DNA of 64,000 nt, taken from Candidatus Latescibacterota bacterium. GTDB taxonomy: Bacteria > Latescibacterota > UBA2968. The position numbers were made by a program, and so were the translations under genes. Under the pieces are notes generated by a model. That model had not been told where the DNA came from and ran no database searches. It saw nothing but the letters and a program-made list of their open reading frames with translations. Below, piece after piece: positions 1 through 10,460 of the stretch. Each line of letters starts with the position of its first letter. The first letter of the stretch is position 1. The stretch lies in the NCBI GenBank assembly GCA_965198115.1, contig OZ240241.1:4128001-4192000 (forward strand), read 5' to 3'.

Positions 1-420
1 CACCTGATCATGGGAATGGACCTCACCATGCTTTCTGTTTTCGGTCTCGTGGCCTTAACGGGCGTGGTCGTCAACGACAGCCTCGTCATGGTCGACTTCA
101 TCAACCGATTCCGGCAGGATGGCCAGCCGCTGGGGGCCGCGATTCGGGAGGCGGGCGCTCAACGCTTCCGCCCGATCCTGCTCACCTCGGTCACCACCTT
201 CCTCGGTCTGACGCCCATCCTGCTCGAACGCAGTCTGCAAGCTCAGTTCCTGATCCCCATGGCCACCTCGCTCGGTTTCGGCGTCGTGTTTGCCACCTTC
301 ATCACCCTCGTCCTCGTTCCGGTGCTCTACCACATCCTCGAGGACGTCAAAACACTCTACCGGAACACGTTTCACCGCCCGGACCGAGCCCAAAGCGAAG
401 GCATCGAACAGGCTGCTTAA
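1..420 (+). CDS. RND efflux permease (AcrB family), C-terminal part, truncated by window edge
   Basis: GVVVNDSLVMVD, RFRPILLTS.TT.LGL.P and final TM helices typical of the AcrB C-terminus. Confidence 0.9.
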   Translation, partial: HLIMGMDLTMLSVFGLVALTGVVVNDSLVMVDFINRFRQDGQPLGAAIREAGAQRFRPILLTSVTTFLGLTPILLERSLQAQFLIPMATSLGFGVVFATFITLVLVPVLYHILEDVKTLYRNTFHRPDRAQSEGIEQAA

Positions 421-512
421 CGTGCTATTTGTCTCGGGGTTGCAGCGGGCATGTCGATCTTATATCTTTGGCGGGAACCACTTGCCGTAACCTGACCGTC
501 ACGGAGCACGGG

Positions 513-1559
513 ATGGCCATCGAAGCCGAAACTGTCGAAGAAACCTACGCGGCCATGGAGAGAAAGCTGAGGGGGATCGTTCCCGACGTGGAACTCCGGT
601 ACAAGGCCGAGCTCGCCTTCGAAATCAACAGGCTCAAGAAGGAGCGTGGGGCCGTCATCCTGGGTCACAACTACATGGAACCCGCCCTCTTTCACTCGGT
701 CCCCGATTTTGTCGGAGACTCGTTGGAACTGAGCCGGAAGGCGGCCGAGACCGACGCCGATCCGATCGTCTTCTGCGGCGTTCGGTTCATGGCCGAAACG
801 GCCAAAATCCTCAATCCTGGTAAAACGGTACTTCTGCCGGCGAAGGTGGCCGGATGCTCCCTTGCCGAATCGATCACCGCGCAAGACGTCCGAGATCTTA
901 AAGCCCGATTCCCCGGTGTCCCGGTCGTCACTTACATCAACACTTACGCCGACGTCAAAGCAGAAACCGACATCTGTTGTACGTCCAGTAACGCGTCTCG
1001 CGTTGTCGAGTCCCTCGATGCTGACGCCGTCATCTTTCTGCCAGATGAATATCTTGCCGCAAACGTAGCGAAGGAGACGGGGAAGACCCTCATTTTCCCG
1101 ACGCGGGAACCCTCGGTGAACCCCAAACCGGGAATCGACTATCAGATGGTCGGTTGGCACGGGCGCTGCGAAGTCCACGAGCGATTCACTGTCAAAGACA
1201 TCGAGAACGTCCGCGCACAGTTCCCCGAAGTGCTCGTACTCGCCCACCCCGAGTGCAGCCCCGAGGTGGTCGCCGCTTCCGATTTTTCGAGCAGCACCTC
1301 CCAAATGACCAGCTACGTGCGTGAATCTGACGCGCCGAACTACCTGCTCCTCACCGAATGCAGCATGGGCGACAACATCGCCGCCGAGAACCCTAAAAAA
1401 GAGATGGTCAGGCTCTGCAGCATCCGATGTCCCCACATGAACGAAATCACCCTCGAAGACACGCTTCACGCCCTGAAGGCGGACGAGCAGATCATCGAAG
1501 TGCCGGAGGACATCCGCGTCCGAGCGTTGAAGTCCGTCCAGCGAATGCTCGAATTGTAA
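513..1559 (+). CDS. nadA: Quinolinate synthase A
   Basis: ILGHNYM, GDSLELS, FCGVRFMAE, AGCSLA, YINT, AHPEC and CPHM motifs; ATG at 513 chosen over the ORF-track start. Confidence 0.95.
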   Translation: MAIEAETVEETYAAMERKLRGIVPDVELRYKAELAFEINRLKKERGAVILGHNYMEPALFHSVPDFVGDSLELSRKAAETDADPIVFCGVRFMAETAKILNPGKTVLLPAKVAGCSLAESITAQDVRDLKARFPGVPVVTYINTYADVKAETDICCTSSNASRVVESLDADAVIFLPDEYLAANVAKETGKTLIFPTREPSVNPKPGIDYQMVGWHGRCEVHERFTVKDIENVRAQFPEVLVLAHPECSPEVVAASDFSSSTSQMTSYVRESDAPNYLLLTECSMGDNIAAENPKKEMVRLCSIRCPHMNEITLEDTLHALKADEQIIEVPEDIRVRALKSVQRMLEL

Positions 1560-1594
1560 ACGCGGAAAATCCAGGGCGAGCCAGGATCCGAATG

Positions 1595-1632
1595 AAAAAG
1601 GCCGAGGCGACATCGCCTCGGCCTCTCCTTTT
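1595..1632. terminator. Bidirectional intrinsic terminator
   Basis: AGGCCGAGGCGA-CA-TCGCCTCGGCCT stem with A-run before and T-run after, between convergent genes. Confidence 0.8.
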
Positions 1633-1647
1633 GCCTGATCCGCACCT

Positions 1648-3000
1648 CTACTTCACCTCTGACGTTCCCTCTGCCCCGTCGTAAACCTCCGTTCTGAACA
1701 CGTCGTTCTGAAAGTTCAGGTATTCGTCCTTGGTCATCACAGGGACGTGTGTTTCAAGAACTTCCTTTGCCTTTGCCGCGTCGCCGTGGAGCAGATCGAC
1801 AGCCAGACTCGCCAGTGATTTCGCCGGACTCAGATAGCCCATTTCCTTGTCTGAGATGTGCCACGTCGCGCTGTGACCCGGCCCGGTTGCCCCAGACATG
1901 TAGGGGTGCAGCGACGGCATGATGTGGGACAGGTCTCCCATGTCGGTGCACCCCGTTCGGTGAGGAACCTCGCTGTAGTCGTCTGCCCCGAACAGATCCC
2001 GAGCGTTCGCTTCGAATAAATCGCGAAGCGTCTCATCGTTTCGGAGGGGCATGTAACCCGGCAGTGTTTCGATTTCAACCGTGGCTCCGACCGCAAGGCC
2101 TCCAGCGCGAAGGGCGCGATCCACTTTTTCGCCCGCATCCACAATCGCCTCGTTGGTCCGTCCTCGCACATACGTCTCCATCCGGACGTCTGCGGGGACG
2201 ACGTTAACCAGATCGCCCCCCTTCGTAATGATCGGATGGACGCGGATCGAATCCTGGTCGCGGAACGTCTCTCGCTGTGCGTGAATCGCGTTCAGCGCAA
2301 CCTGTGCGGCGTTCAGCGCGTTGACGCCCAGATGTGGCGCACCGCCCGCGTGTGCGGCTCGTCCGAGAAAACGGATCAGCTTCACCACGCACCCGTTGCA
2401 CGATTCGGCCACAGCCGCCCTCGTCATCGATTCGTCGCTGTGTGTATGAATCATCACCGCCATATCGACATCGTCAAAATGACCGCCGTGCACGAGCTCG
2501 GGTTTCCCGCCCAGGTAGGTCAGCTCTCCTTCCTTCACCAATCCCAGTCGATATTCAACTTCGACATATTCTTCTGCGGGCACCGCGAAAAACACGACAT
2601 CTCCGGCCAGGTCCTGAGCGACCCCGGTGTCGATCATACCCATCATCGCTCCCAGCATCCCCGCGATCTGGGCGTTGTGACCGCACGCGTGCGCTGCACC
2701 CGTTTCCGGATCGGCGTCCGGATGATCCGAGACGAGTAACGAATCCAGCTCACCGATGATGGCCACGCGGGGACCGGGTTTCCCACCCTTCAGGACCGCC
2801 TTGACACCGGTGCGGGCCAGGCCAGTCTCTGGCGAGAGACCGACCTCCTCCATCGTCGACGCCACGAGCTTTGCCGTTTCGAACTCTTTGAACCCCAGTT
2901 CGGGATTCACCATGATGTGATCACCGATCTGCTCGATCTGTCGCGCACGACGATCGACGGATTCCGCGATCCTCTGTTTAATCTCTTCTTTCGTTGCCAC
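1648..3000 (-). CDS. M20 family amidohydrolase
   Basis: NPELGFKE, ELDSL, HACGHN, PAEE and G..AHAG..P..G.NAL motifs; AGGAGG precedes GTG at 3000. Confidence 0.9.
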   Translation of the reverse strand: MATKEEIKQRIAESVDRRARQIEQIGDHIMVNPELGFKEFETAKLVASTMEEVGLSPETGLARTGVKAVLKGGKPGPRVAIIGELDSLLVSDHPDADPETGAAHACGHNAQIAGMLGAMMGMIDTGVAQDLAGDVVFFAVPAEEYVEVEYRLGLVKEGELTYLGGKPELVHGGHFDDVDMAVMIHTHSDESMTRAAVAESCNGCVVKLIRFLGRAAHAGGAPHLGVNALNAAQVALNAIHAQRETFRDQDSIRVHPIITKGGDLVNVVPADVRMETYVRGRTNEAIVDAGEKVDRALRAGGLAVGATVEIETLPGYMPLRNDETLRDLFEANARDLFGADDYSEVPHRTGCTDMGDLSHIMPSLHPYMSGATGPGHSATWHISDKEMGYLSPAKSLASLAVDLLHGDAAKAKEVLETHVPVMTKDEYLNFQNDVFRTEVYDGAEGTSEVK

Positions 3001-3121
3001 GTCACCTCCTCGAATACACATCCTCGTCGCCAACGGAGTCCATGTTCGATATTCGATGCCCAGTTTTCAAATGAAAAACCACTCCCGCGGGGAAGTGGCC
3101 GTCGACGCATCGTTTCTCTGA

Positions 3122-4168
3122 CTATCGAATCTTGAGAAGAAGAACGAGCAGAATGGGAGTCCCAACCGCCTGCAGCAGCATGAATCTAACGAGGACCTGT
3201 GTGCTCGACCATCCCCGGTTGAGACGGAAGTGATCGTGCAGTGGGTAGCGCACCTCCTTGAATATCCAGATTTTGAAGAAACGAAGCAGCGCCACCTTCA
3301 GCAAGCCTGTTGCACCGTTCACCAGAACCACGCCGGCCACCACCACGATCAGCAAAGGGTTCCCGCAGGCCAGCACGAGGATTCCCAGAAGTAGCCCCAT
3401 AGGACGCGAACCCGCATCGCCCATGAGGACCTGGCTGGGATTGGCATTGTACCACAGGTAACCCGCGAGACAGCCGACCATCACGAACGCCTGCACCGCC
3501 CAGCTCGCCCCATCGCCGTAGTGAGGCACGAGCAGGTATCGGGCGATTTCGCGATGCCCCACGATTCCGTAGAGGATGCCGCCCAAATAGATGAACGCCA
3601 GACCGCAAAGACTGGCGGACAGCCCATCGACGCCGTCCGTGCAGTTCGTCGCGTTGATCGCCAGCCAGATCAACACCGCCGCAACCGGGACGAAGATCCA
3701 GGGCGAAACAGTAACCGTTGTCTTGATGAGCGGCAGCCAGAGCTGGTAGGGTTCGAGACCACATACGGCCGTCGCCGCAAGCGCCCCGATCAGCAGATCG
3801 ATCGCACCGAGCGCATACTCGTTCCATCCACCCGCCTGGTCGTCGAAGTAGCCGGCGAGCATGATCATGACGATGCAGCCCAGCCCGCTGAGCAGACGGA
3901 CGTCCAGCGGCCCCGTCAGCACGCAGACGAACACGAAAATCGGAACGAAGATGATTCCCGCGCCCACCGGCTTTCCCTCGCTCTTCTCCGCATCCACCGC
4001 GAAGGCCCGCCCGCGATCCCTCGGGAGAAGCCGCCAGAGGCGCGGCAACAGGATCAGGGTCAGAATCGCCGCCATGGCCGTGCCAAGCCCCGTCAGGAAC
4101 AGGTAGGAGGCGAACAGCCGGAGCGGGCCATAGACGTCAGCCATGTTCTGACCGAGCCAGAAGAGCAT
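3122..4168 (-). CDS. mraY: Phospho-N-acetylmuramoyl-pentapeptide transferase (divergent, stand-alone)
   Basis: GYFDD, NATNCTDGVDGL, LWYNANPSQVLMGDAGS and PLHDHF motifs; multiple TM helices. Confidence 0.85.
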   Translation of the reverse strand: MLFWLGQNMADVYGPLRLFASYLFLTGLGTAMAAILTLILLPRLWRLLPRDRGRAFAVDAEKSEGKPVGAGIIFVPIFVFVCVLTGPLDVRLLSGLGCIVMIMLAGYFDDQAGGWNEYALGAIDLLIGALAATAVCGLEPYQLWLPLIKTTVTVSPWIFVPVAAVLIWLAINATNCTDGVDGLSASLCGLAFIYLGGILYGIVGHREIARYLLVPHYGDGASWAVQAFVMVGCLAGYLWYNANPSQVLMGDAGSRPMGLLLGILVLACGNPLLIVVVAGVVLVNGATGLLKVALLRFFKIWIFKEVRYPLHDHFRLNRGWSSTQVLVRFMLLQAVGTPILLVLLLKIR

Positions 4169-4339
4169 ACGAGATCCCGATTGGGGTGGACAAATGAAGG
4201 CGAGCCTGCCAAGCTGCCCGCCGCCCACAATTAGGGTCATCACTGCCCACTGGGCAAGAACGCAGTCCCATCAGGCTTTGAGGCCAGGCATCGATCGTCT
4301 ATCTTCACTCCGAGACCGACCACGAACAGGAGAAAGACC

Positions 4340-4744
4340 ATGTCGCTTGAACTCGAAGAGGGAACCTCCCTCACCCTCGACTTCTCGAAGCTGAAAAAGG
4401 GAACACAGGGCGCTGAAGCCCTTTTGCCCGTTGCCGTCCAGGACGTCGAAACTGGCGACGTGCTCCTGATCGGCTATGCCAACCGGCAGGCCCTCGAGCA
4501 CACCCTGTCAGAAGGTGTCGCCACGTTCTGGAGCACCTCGAGACAGGAGCTCTGGATCAAGGGCGCGACCTCGGGCGACGTTCTCGAAATCGTCGACGTG
4601 CGCGTCAACTGCGAGCAGAATTCGCTCCTCTATCGCGTGAAGCTGAAGGGAGCCGGTACCTGTCACACGAAGGGGAGCGATGGCGAATCGCGTCACAGCT
4701 GTTATTACCGACGAATCCGCAATGAGGCGCTCGAATTCGTGTAG
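4340..4744 (+). CDS. hisI: Phosphoribosyl-AMP cyclohydrolase
   Basis: FWSTSRQELWIKGATSG, VNCEQNSLL, CHT...SCYYR; AGGAGA SD. Confidence 0.92.
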   Translation: MSLELEEGTSLTLDFSKLKKGTQGAEALLPVAVQDVETGDVLLIGYANRQALEHTLSEGVATFWSTSRQELWIKGATSGDVLEIVDVRVNCEQNSLLYRVKLKGAGTCHTKGSDGESRHSCYYRRIRNEALEFV

Positions 4745-4913
4745 ATGCTCGACCCGCTCTGTTATATCGTCCAGCACCTCGCGCTTCAGGTATCGTGAAA
4801 TCCAACGGGCAACGTCCAGCAACTGAAGCTTGACTCGCCCGGTCGCGCCTTTATATTGGCCTCGCCGATCGACGCCCCCACCGCATTCTCCCCCGCTGTC
4901 CAACGATCCGCAA

Positions 4914-4947
4914 CCTGTCCACCGTAGCCTTGGCGAAGGTGGAAGCC
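4914..4947. repeat. REP-like palindrome
   Basis: CCTGTCCACCGTAGCCTTGGCGAAGGTGGAAGCC hairpin (TCCACC/GGTGGA arms) upstream of prs; reads LRQGYGGQ on the reverse strand. Confidence 0.55.
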
Positions 4948-4965
4948 CTTCAGGAGGGAACGGCA

Positions 4966-5940
4966 GTGGGTTACGACCTCAAAATTCTCACCGGCAACAC
5001 CAACCGCGCACTCGCTGAGGACATCTGTACCCACCTCGACACTCACCTGGGGCGGGCGTCCGTTCAGATCTTCCCCGGTGGTGAAACGCACGTTCAGATC
5101 GACGAAAACATCCGCGGGACCGACGTTTTCATTGTCCAGCCCGTCTGTGGCAACAAGGACCTCAACCTCTCGCCGAACGACGCGCTCATGGAGTTACTCA
5201 TCCTTATCGACGCAGCGCGTCGCGCGTCGGCGAGACGTATCACCGCGGTTCTTCCCTATTATGGATACGCTCGCCAGGATCGAAAGGACCGACCTCGCGT
5301 ACCGATCACGGCGAAACTCGTCGCCAACATGATTTACACGGCCGGTGCCCGTCGCGCCCTCTCGCTCGATCTTCACTCCAATCAGATTCAGGGTTTTTTC
5401 GACATCCCTTTCGATCACCTCTATTCGATCAACATCTTCACCGACTACTTCGCCTCCAAGCAGATTCCCGATCTGACGGTCGTTTCGCCGGACGTCGGCA
5501 ACATTAAAATGGCACGCGCCTATGCCGAACTCCTCGACGCCGATCTTGCAATCGTGGACAAACGTCGAACGAGCGGAACCGACACCGAGGTCCTGAACCT
5601 GATCGGCGAGGTCGAAGACCGGAACGTCATCATCGTCGACGACCTCATCAGCACCGGAGGGTCGCTCTGCGAGGCTGCGGCGATCCTGAAGGAACGGGGC
5701 GCACTCGACATCTCTGCCTGCATCGTGCACCCCGTGCTGGCGGACCCGGCCATCGAACGCATCGAAAACTCCGTTCTCACGGAGCTGCTCGTCTCGAACT
5801 CCATTCCCGTACCCCAGAACGACCAGAACGGCCGGATCAAGGTCCTATCCGTCGCCTCGATTCTGGGTGAGGCGATCAGACGCATCAACAACGACGAATC
5901 CGTGAGCACGCTCTTCGCCAACGCGAAGGTTGAAGGATAA
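4966..5940 (+). CDS. prs: Ribose-phosphate pyrophosphokinase
   Basis: PYYGYARQDRK, DLHSNQIQGFF, VSPDVG and IVDDLISTGGS motifs; GGAGG before GTG at 4966. Confidence 0.96.
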   Translation: MGYDLKILTGNTNRALAEDICTHLDTHLGRASVQIFPGGETHVQIDENIRGTDVFIVQPVCGNKDLNLSPNDALMELLILIDAARRASARRITAVLPYYGYARQDRKDRPRVPITAKLVANMIYTAGARRALSLDLHSNQIQGFFDIPFDHLYSINIFTDYFASKQIPDLTVVSPDVGNIKMARAYAELLDADLAIVDKRRTSGTDTEVLNLIGEVEDRNVIIVDDLISTGGSLCEAAAILKERGALDISACIVHPVLADPAIERIENSVLTELLVSNSIPVPQNDQNGRIKVLSVASILGEAIRRINNDESVSTLFANAKVEG

Positions 5941-5980
5941 GTTCACGGCTGCAACCGCTGTCCACTTCCGTCCCATAGCC

Positions 5981-6028
5981 AAACGCAAAACGCCGCCCTG
6001 GACTCACGAGCTGGCGGCGTTTTCGTTT
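5981..6028. terminator. Bidirectional intrinsic terminator
   Basis: AAAACGCCGCC...GGCGGCGTTTT between convergent prs and serine hydrolase. Confidence 0.7.
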
Positions 6029-6043
6029 CTATCCTCCCGTTTC

Positions 6044-7162
6044 CTACAACAGAGCCCCCATCACCACGTTCGAAACGCGAGGACGCAGCCACGACGCCGC
6101 GTCGGGATCGTTCGTGAAGATCACACACGTCACATCCGCATCCGGATCGCACCAGGCCTCGGTCCCCGTCGCTCCGCCGTGACCGTAGGTGTTGTCGGAC
6201 GTGAGATCTCCGTAACTCGACGTGTTGCGGCCTCCAAGCCGCCATCCCAACCCCCAGCGTTGGCGGACCCGATCGCGTGGATCCAGATCGGGAAGAGCAG
6301 ACGAGTGATCCGTCACCGTGGCGTGCACGGTTGCTTCGTTCAGACAACGAACTCCGTCGAGCTCACCGCCTGCGCGGAAGAGCAGCATCAGGCGGGTCAT
6401 CTCTTCCACCGTCGTCAGCAGACCACCCCAGGGCGCTCCGAATCCCCGCCAGTAATCCGAATTCCAATCGAAATCGGTTCCTGACCCTCCGTGCGTCAGC
6501 CCCTCGCCCGCCATCACGACATCCGACTCTCGATCCGACCTCGTCTGGATACCCAGACTCGTGTCTTTCAGTCCCAGGGGAGCGAAGAAGATTTCGTTCA
6601 GGTGGTCCGGCAGGCCGGTTCCCGTCACGCGCTCGACGATTTCGCCCAGCATCGCGATTCCGCTGCTTTGATACGACACCTTCGTCCCGGGATCGAACGC
6701 CAGCGGTAGTTCGCACGTCCGGGCAACGAAGTCCGACAACGGGCGATGGGCCTCTCGGTATGCCCGATTCTCGGGGATCTGGTCGGGTAAACCTGACGTG
6801 TGCGTCATCAGGTGCCGAACCCGGACGCCTTCCTTCCCACTTGCCTCGAACCCCGGCACGAGATCGGCCACCCGATCATCCAGACTCACCTCTCCACGCT
6901 CGATCAGCCGGGCAACCGAGGCCGTCACGATGGGCTTCGTAATCGAGGCGACCAGGAAGATGGTATCCCGCTCGACCACCTCGGCTTCGTCAGCCAGCCG
7001 CCGACGCCCCACGCAGATCGGCTCCAGAGCCACGCCGCCGCGCGTCACCTGCATAGCCGCTCCCATGAGATCGTCCGACGCGTGGGCGTTCGTGAGCAGT
7101 TGGCGGACGCCATCAAGACGCTCGCTCGAAAAACCGACGGCTTCAGGATCCTGACTCATCAT
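6044..7162 (-). CDS. Serine hydrolase, beta-lactamase class C-like
   Basis: SxxK (ASITK), LMTHTSG, YQS and GHGGATG motifs. Confidence 0.9.
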   Translation of the reverse strand: MMSQDPEAVGFSSERLDGVRQLLTNAHASDDLMGAAMQVTRGGVALEPICVGRRRLADEAEVVERDTIFLVASITKPIVTASVARLIERGEVSLDDRVADLVPGFEASGKEGVRVRHLMTHTSGLPDQIPENRAYREAHRPLSDFVARTCELPLAFDPGTKVSYQSSGIAMLGEIVERVTGTGLPDHLNEIFFAPLGLKDTSLGIQTRSDRESDVVMAGEGLTHGGSGTDFDWNSDYWRGFGAPWGGLLTTVEEMTRLMLLFRAGGELDGVRCLNEATVHATVTDHSSALPDLDPRDRVRQRWGLGWRLGGRNTSSYGDLTSDNTYGHGGATGTEAWCDPDADVTCVIFTNDPDAASWLRPRVSNVVMGALL

Positions 7163-7163
7163 C

Positions 7164-8165
7164 TCAACCCTCGTGAGATTCGACAACCGAAGCGATCTCG
7201 TTCAGGCACGCGTCTCGCTCGGCGTCGTCCATCATGGCATTCAGAAAGGCGTTGGCCGCGATCTGACCGATCTCCTCGAAGCTGAGCCCCATTTCCGAGT
7301 GCATCCATCGATACTCATCCGACAGGGTCTGGCCGAACGGAGTCGGATCGTCCGTGCTGACCGTCACTCGAACACCCGCGCGGTGTAGATCTGGCAGAGG
7401 ATGTCTGTCCAGACTCTCGGTGACACCCAGCTTGACGTTAGACCACGGACACATATCGAGCGTCACACCGTCATCGAGAAAACGCTGAACCAGGGTAGCG
7501 TCATCCGCCGCTCCGACGCCGTGCTCGATCCGTTTCACCCGGAGCAGATCCAATGCCTCCAGCACGGACGCCGCCCCACCGAATTCTCCTGCGTGAGCCT
7601 TAGTGATCATCCCCCTCGAACGAGCTGCCTGGTAGAGCCCGAGGAAATCGTTTGAGTCTCCGACCCGTTCGTCCCCGTGCAGATCGATCCCATCCACGTT
7701 TTCCGCCCACACGGCTTCCTCCCCGATCTTCAGGATATAGGGGGTGTCTCGGTCGCGGGAAAGACCGGCGATGATTCGCACCGTCAACCTCTCCGGTGCC
7801 CCTGCTTTGAGGGCCGCCACGGTTTCGACGACGGGAAACGTGTAAGCACCGACACCAAAGGACATTTCCGCGTACCTCACGTTCTGGTCCGCGAGACCCC
7901 GCCAGATCTCTGTTGCCGCCTTTTCAATCCGCTCGAGGGTGTTCAGGTTTCCACGCCAGGTCAGGTTGAGGACGTGAATGAACTCGGAAAAGGTCGTGTA
8001 TCGGTGGGCTCGATCGAGCCAATCAGGATAGACCGGGATCGGCTCGTCCGACCACGCCCTCGCAAGATGCAGAGCCACGGCGCCCTCGAGATGGAGATGC
8101 ACCTCGCACTTGGGTAACGCCTGCACGAAGGACGCCAGGCGTTCGCTGTCGGCTCTGCGCGTCAT
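7164..8165 (-). CDS. Adenosine/adenine deaminase family protein
   Basis: LPKCEVHLHLEG, AHAGE, RIEHGV, CPWSN and STDDP motifs. Confidence 0.9.
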   Translation of the reverse strand: MTRRADSERLASFVQALPKCEVHLHLEGAVALHLARAWSDEPIPVYPDWLDRAHRYTTFSEFIHVLNLTWRGNLNTLERIEKAATEIWRGLADQNVRYAEMSFGVGAYTFPVVETVAALKAGAPERLTVRIIAGLSRDRDTPYILKIGEEAVWAENVDGIDLHGDERVGDSNDFLGLYQAARSRGMITKAHAGEFGGAASVLEALDLLRVKRIEHGVGAADDATLVQRFLDDGVTLDMCPWSNVKLGVTESLDRHPLPDLHRAGVRVTVSTDDPTPFGQTLSDEYRWMHSEMGLSFEEIGQIAANAFLNAMMDDAERDACLNEIASVVESHEG

Positions 8166-8815
8166 GACGGAGCGTCAGCGTCGAATCGATAGTCTCGCTG
8201 GCTTGCGATGGGGCCGTCCTGGTGCCACACGGACCCGAATGGGTGCTCGTTTCGGTTCCGCTTGGGGAGCCTGAGGATGGCCTCTTCGCAACGCACGCGT
8301 TCTCGCCTCATCCCGCATATGAGAATTCCCGTATCCTCGAACACCGAATCCGCAAGCTGATACGCGTCGTCCGCGCAATATTGAAAGACCAACCCGCGAC
8401 GTGGCTGGCCCGTTCGATTCACGTCGGAGGCGTGCAGCGTCAGACAATGGTGGATGCTGATTCCGCCCGCTCGCGGCGTCACGTCGACGATCCGGCGCTC
8501 GTCCGTCCATCGATCGGGCTCCTGGCACGCCCCCGTAAAAGGGCCGTCGACCGTATGGTCGAGTAGTCCCCAACGATGGCTTCCCCGCACGATCTGCATG
8601 CACCCGTTTTCTGGCGTCGAATCGTCGAGCATGACCATCACCGCGAGCAGATCGGAATTCGTGTGCGGGAAGAAGGCGAAGTCCTGGTGCCAATGAAACT
8701 CGCCCTTTCCCTTTGCGGGGGGTTTCGTCGCCAGTTTCGAATGTTCCAGCTGAATATCCTCACCGAGTATGGGGATTATGAGTTCGACGATGCGACGATC
8801 CTTCGCCAGGTCCAT

Positions 8816-10195
8816 GGAGGTCGAGTCAAGAGGTGTGTAAATAGATCAGGCGGCCAGCTTCTTCCCGGAGTCGATTGTGGTCATAGTTTGGTTGTGCTGT
8901 GCATAAACAACGTGTAACAGATGGGGTGCATTGAGTCGCCGGAAGCGTTTCTCGGCGACCATCAGTGTTCGCCAGATGAGAGCGCTTGCCGCGACGACCT
9001 TCTTGTAGCGTTTGGCGGCGTTGGTTCGTAACCGCACGGATGCAAAGGGGCTCTCGACGATGTTGGTCGTTCTCAGGTGGCGCCAGTGTTCTTCTGGGAA
9101 ATCGAAGAAGGTGAGCATCCTATCCCAATCCCGTTCGAGTGTTGCCACCGCCTTCGGGAACTCGTTGCGATATCGTGCGACGAACTGCTTGCGCAGCTTC
9201 TCCGCATCCTGACGCGTGCTGGCATAGGGAATCTGGACGAGCAGTGCACGAGCTTGAGGCTGCTGACGTTTGTGGATCTGGTCCGGGACGTTGAGAATCT
9301 TGTGGTTCCAGCACCGCTGCTGACGGGTGTGCGGCCAGACCTGATCGACGGCAGACCAGATGCCCATATTGCCATCGGCCGCCATCAGAATGGGGTGATC
9401 CAAGCCGCGATCCCGTAGGTCTCTAAGGACAGCCAGCCAGGACTCGGTCGACTCGCGATACCCAGGCACCAGGCCCAGAACCTCTTTGCGGCCGTCACTC
9501 ATGGCGCCGATCACGACAAGCAGACACGCCTTATCTTTCTCAAGTCCGGCTTTGACGTAGATCCCATCGGCCCAGGCATACACGAGCTCACGATCGTCCA
9601 GGCGTCGTTCCTGCCAGGTCTGGTAATCAACCTCCCATTGACCGCGGAGGCGAGCAATCGACGAGGGGGAGAGCGGAGCCCCATCACCGAGAAGCCCTCG
9701 CAGGGCCAACTCGAAGTCGCCCTGAGACAGACCGTGGAGATAGAGCTCCGGGAGCAGTTCCCCCACCTCTCTCGTGCGCCGAGCGAACAACGGCAGAATC
9801 CTGCTCTCGAAGCGCTCCTCCAAACCGCGAACACGGGGCCGCTTGATCTGGATCGTGCCGCAAGAGGTCGACAATCGCCGCAGCTTCCCATAGCCGTTGC
9901 GATAACCGGATCCTGCATCTACGGCTTCTTTGCGCTCATACCACCCGCGTCCGAGGAACTGGGTCACTTCCTCCTCAACGATGGACTGAATGCGAACCTC
10001 GATTTCCTTACGCAACCACCCCTCAAGGGTTTCCCACGTCGGCATGGACAACGAGGGGGACTTCGACTTATGTTTTCCCACGGCGATCCTCCTTCCCACC
10101 GGGCCTGTGAACCCGGTATTTCGTGGATATTGTTATCTCACGGGAAGTGTAGGGTCGCCTTTTCTATTTTTCCACACCTATTGATTGTAGCTCTC
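8816..10195 (-). mobile_element. IS256-family insertion sequence, copy 1
   Basis: Imperfect terminal IRs (GGAGGTCGAGTCAAGAGGTGTG vs GAGAGCTACAATCAATAGGTGTG); TCCAT(G) duplicated on both flanks. Confidence 0.92.
8846..10099 (-). CDS. IS256-family DDE transposase
   Basis: GYRNGY, YAWADGIY, ADG, QRCWNHK and TTNIVES motifs. Confidence 0.95.
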   Translation of the reverse strand: MGRRIAVGKHKSKSPSLSMPTWETLEGWLRKEIEVRIQSIVEEEVTQFLGRGWYERKEAVDAGSGYRNGYGKLRRLSTSCGTIQIKRPRVRGLEERFESRILPLFARRTREVGELLPELYLHGLSQGDFELALRGLLGDGAPLSPSSIARLRGQWEVDYQTWQERRLDDRELVYAWADGIYVKAGLEKDKACLLVVIGAMSDGRKEVLGLVPGYRESTESWLAVLRDLRDRGLDHPILMAADGNMGIWSAVDQVWPHTRQQRCWNHKILNVPDQIHKRQQPQARALLVQIPYASTRQDAEKLRKQFVARYRNEFPKAVATLERDWDRMLTFFDFPEEHWRHLRTTNIVESPFASVRLRTNAAKRYKKVVAASALIWRTLMVAEKRFRRLNAPHLLHVVYAQHNQTMTTIDSGKKLAA

Positions 10196-10460
10196 TCCAT
10201 GAATGCGGCGTGATAGGACGTGATCGACAGTAGGTGTACAGTCTTCTCCTCGTATCCCTTCGCCACCTGTGCTTCGACGACATCCGGATCGGCACACGCT
10301 GATCGCAGCCTCTCGACTTCATCGGGTGGGATCAGGTCGTCAACGACGAGATAACCGTCTTCGCGGAATCGCCTAATCTGCTGGTCCGTCAAGCTCATAG
10401 AAGAGCATCGCGACCAGAGGTCGCTCCTACCCGGTTTTCATGAACACCGAACACCTCCGG

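Larger units (their letters stand above)
8162..10398 (-). pseudogene. Phytanoyl-CoA dioxygenase (PhyH) family gene interrupted by IS256
   Basis: 5' part 10196-10398 (MSLTDQQIRRFREDGYLVV) and 3' part 8162-8815 (WHQD, HxS, R) join in frame (...HAAFM-DLAKD) when the IS is removed, giving about 283 aa. Confidence 0.9.

Noticed and set aside
417-1613. Long antisense ORFs (also 24319-25569, 30311-31720, 45482-47215, 57958-59007)
   Set aside because: They lie opposite well-supported genes and are expected from high-GC codon bias; they have no motifs.
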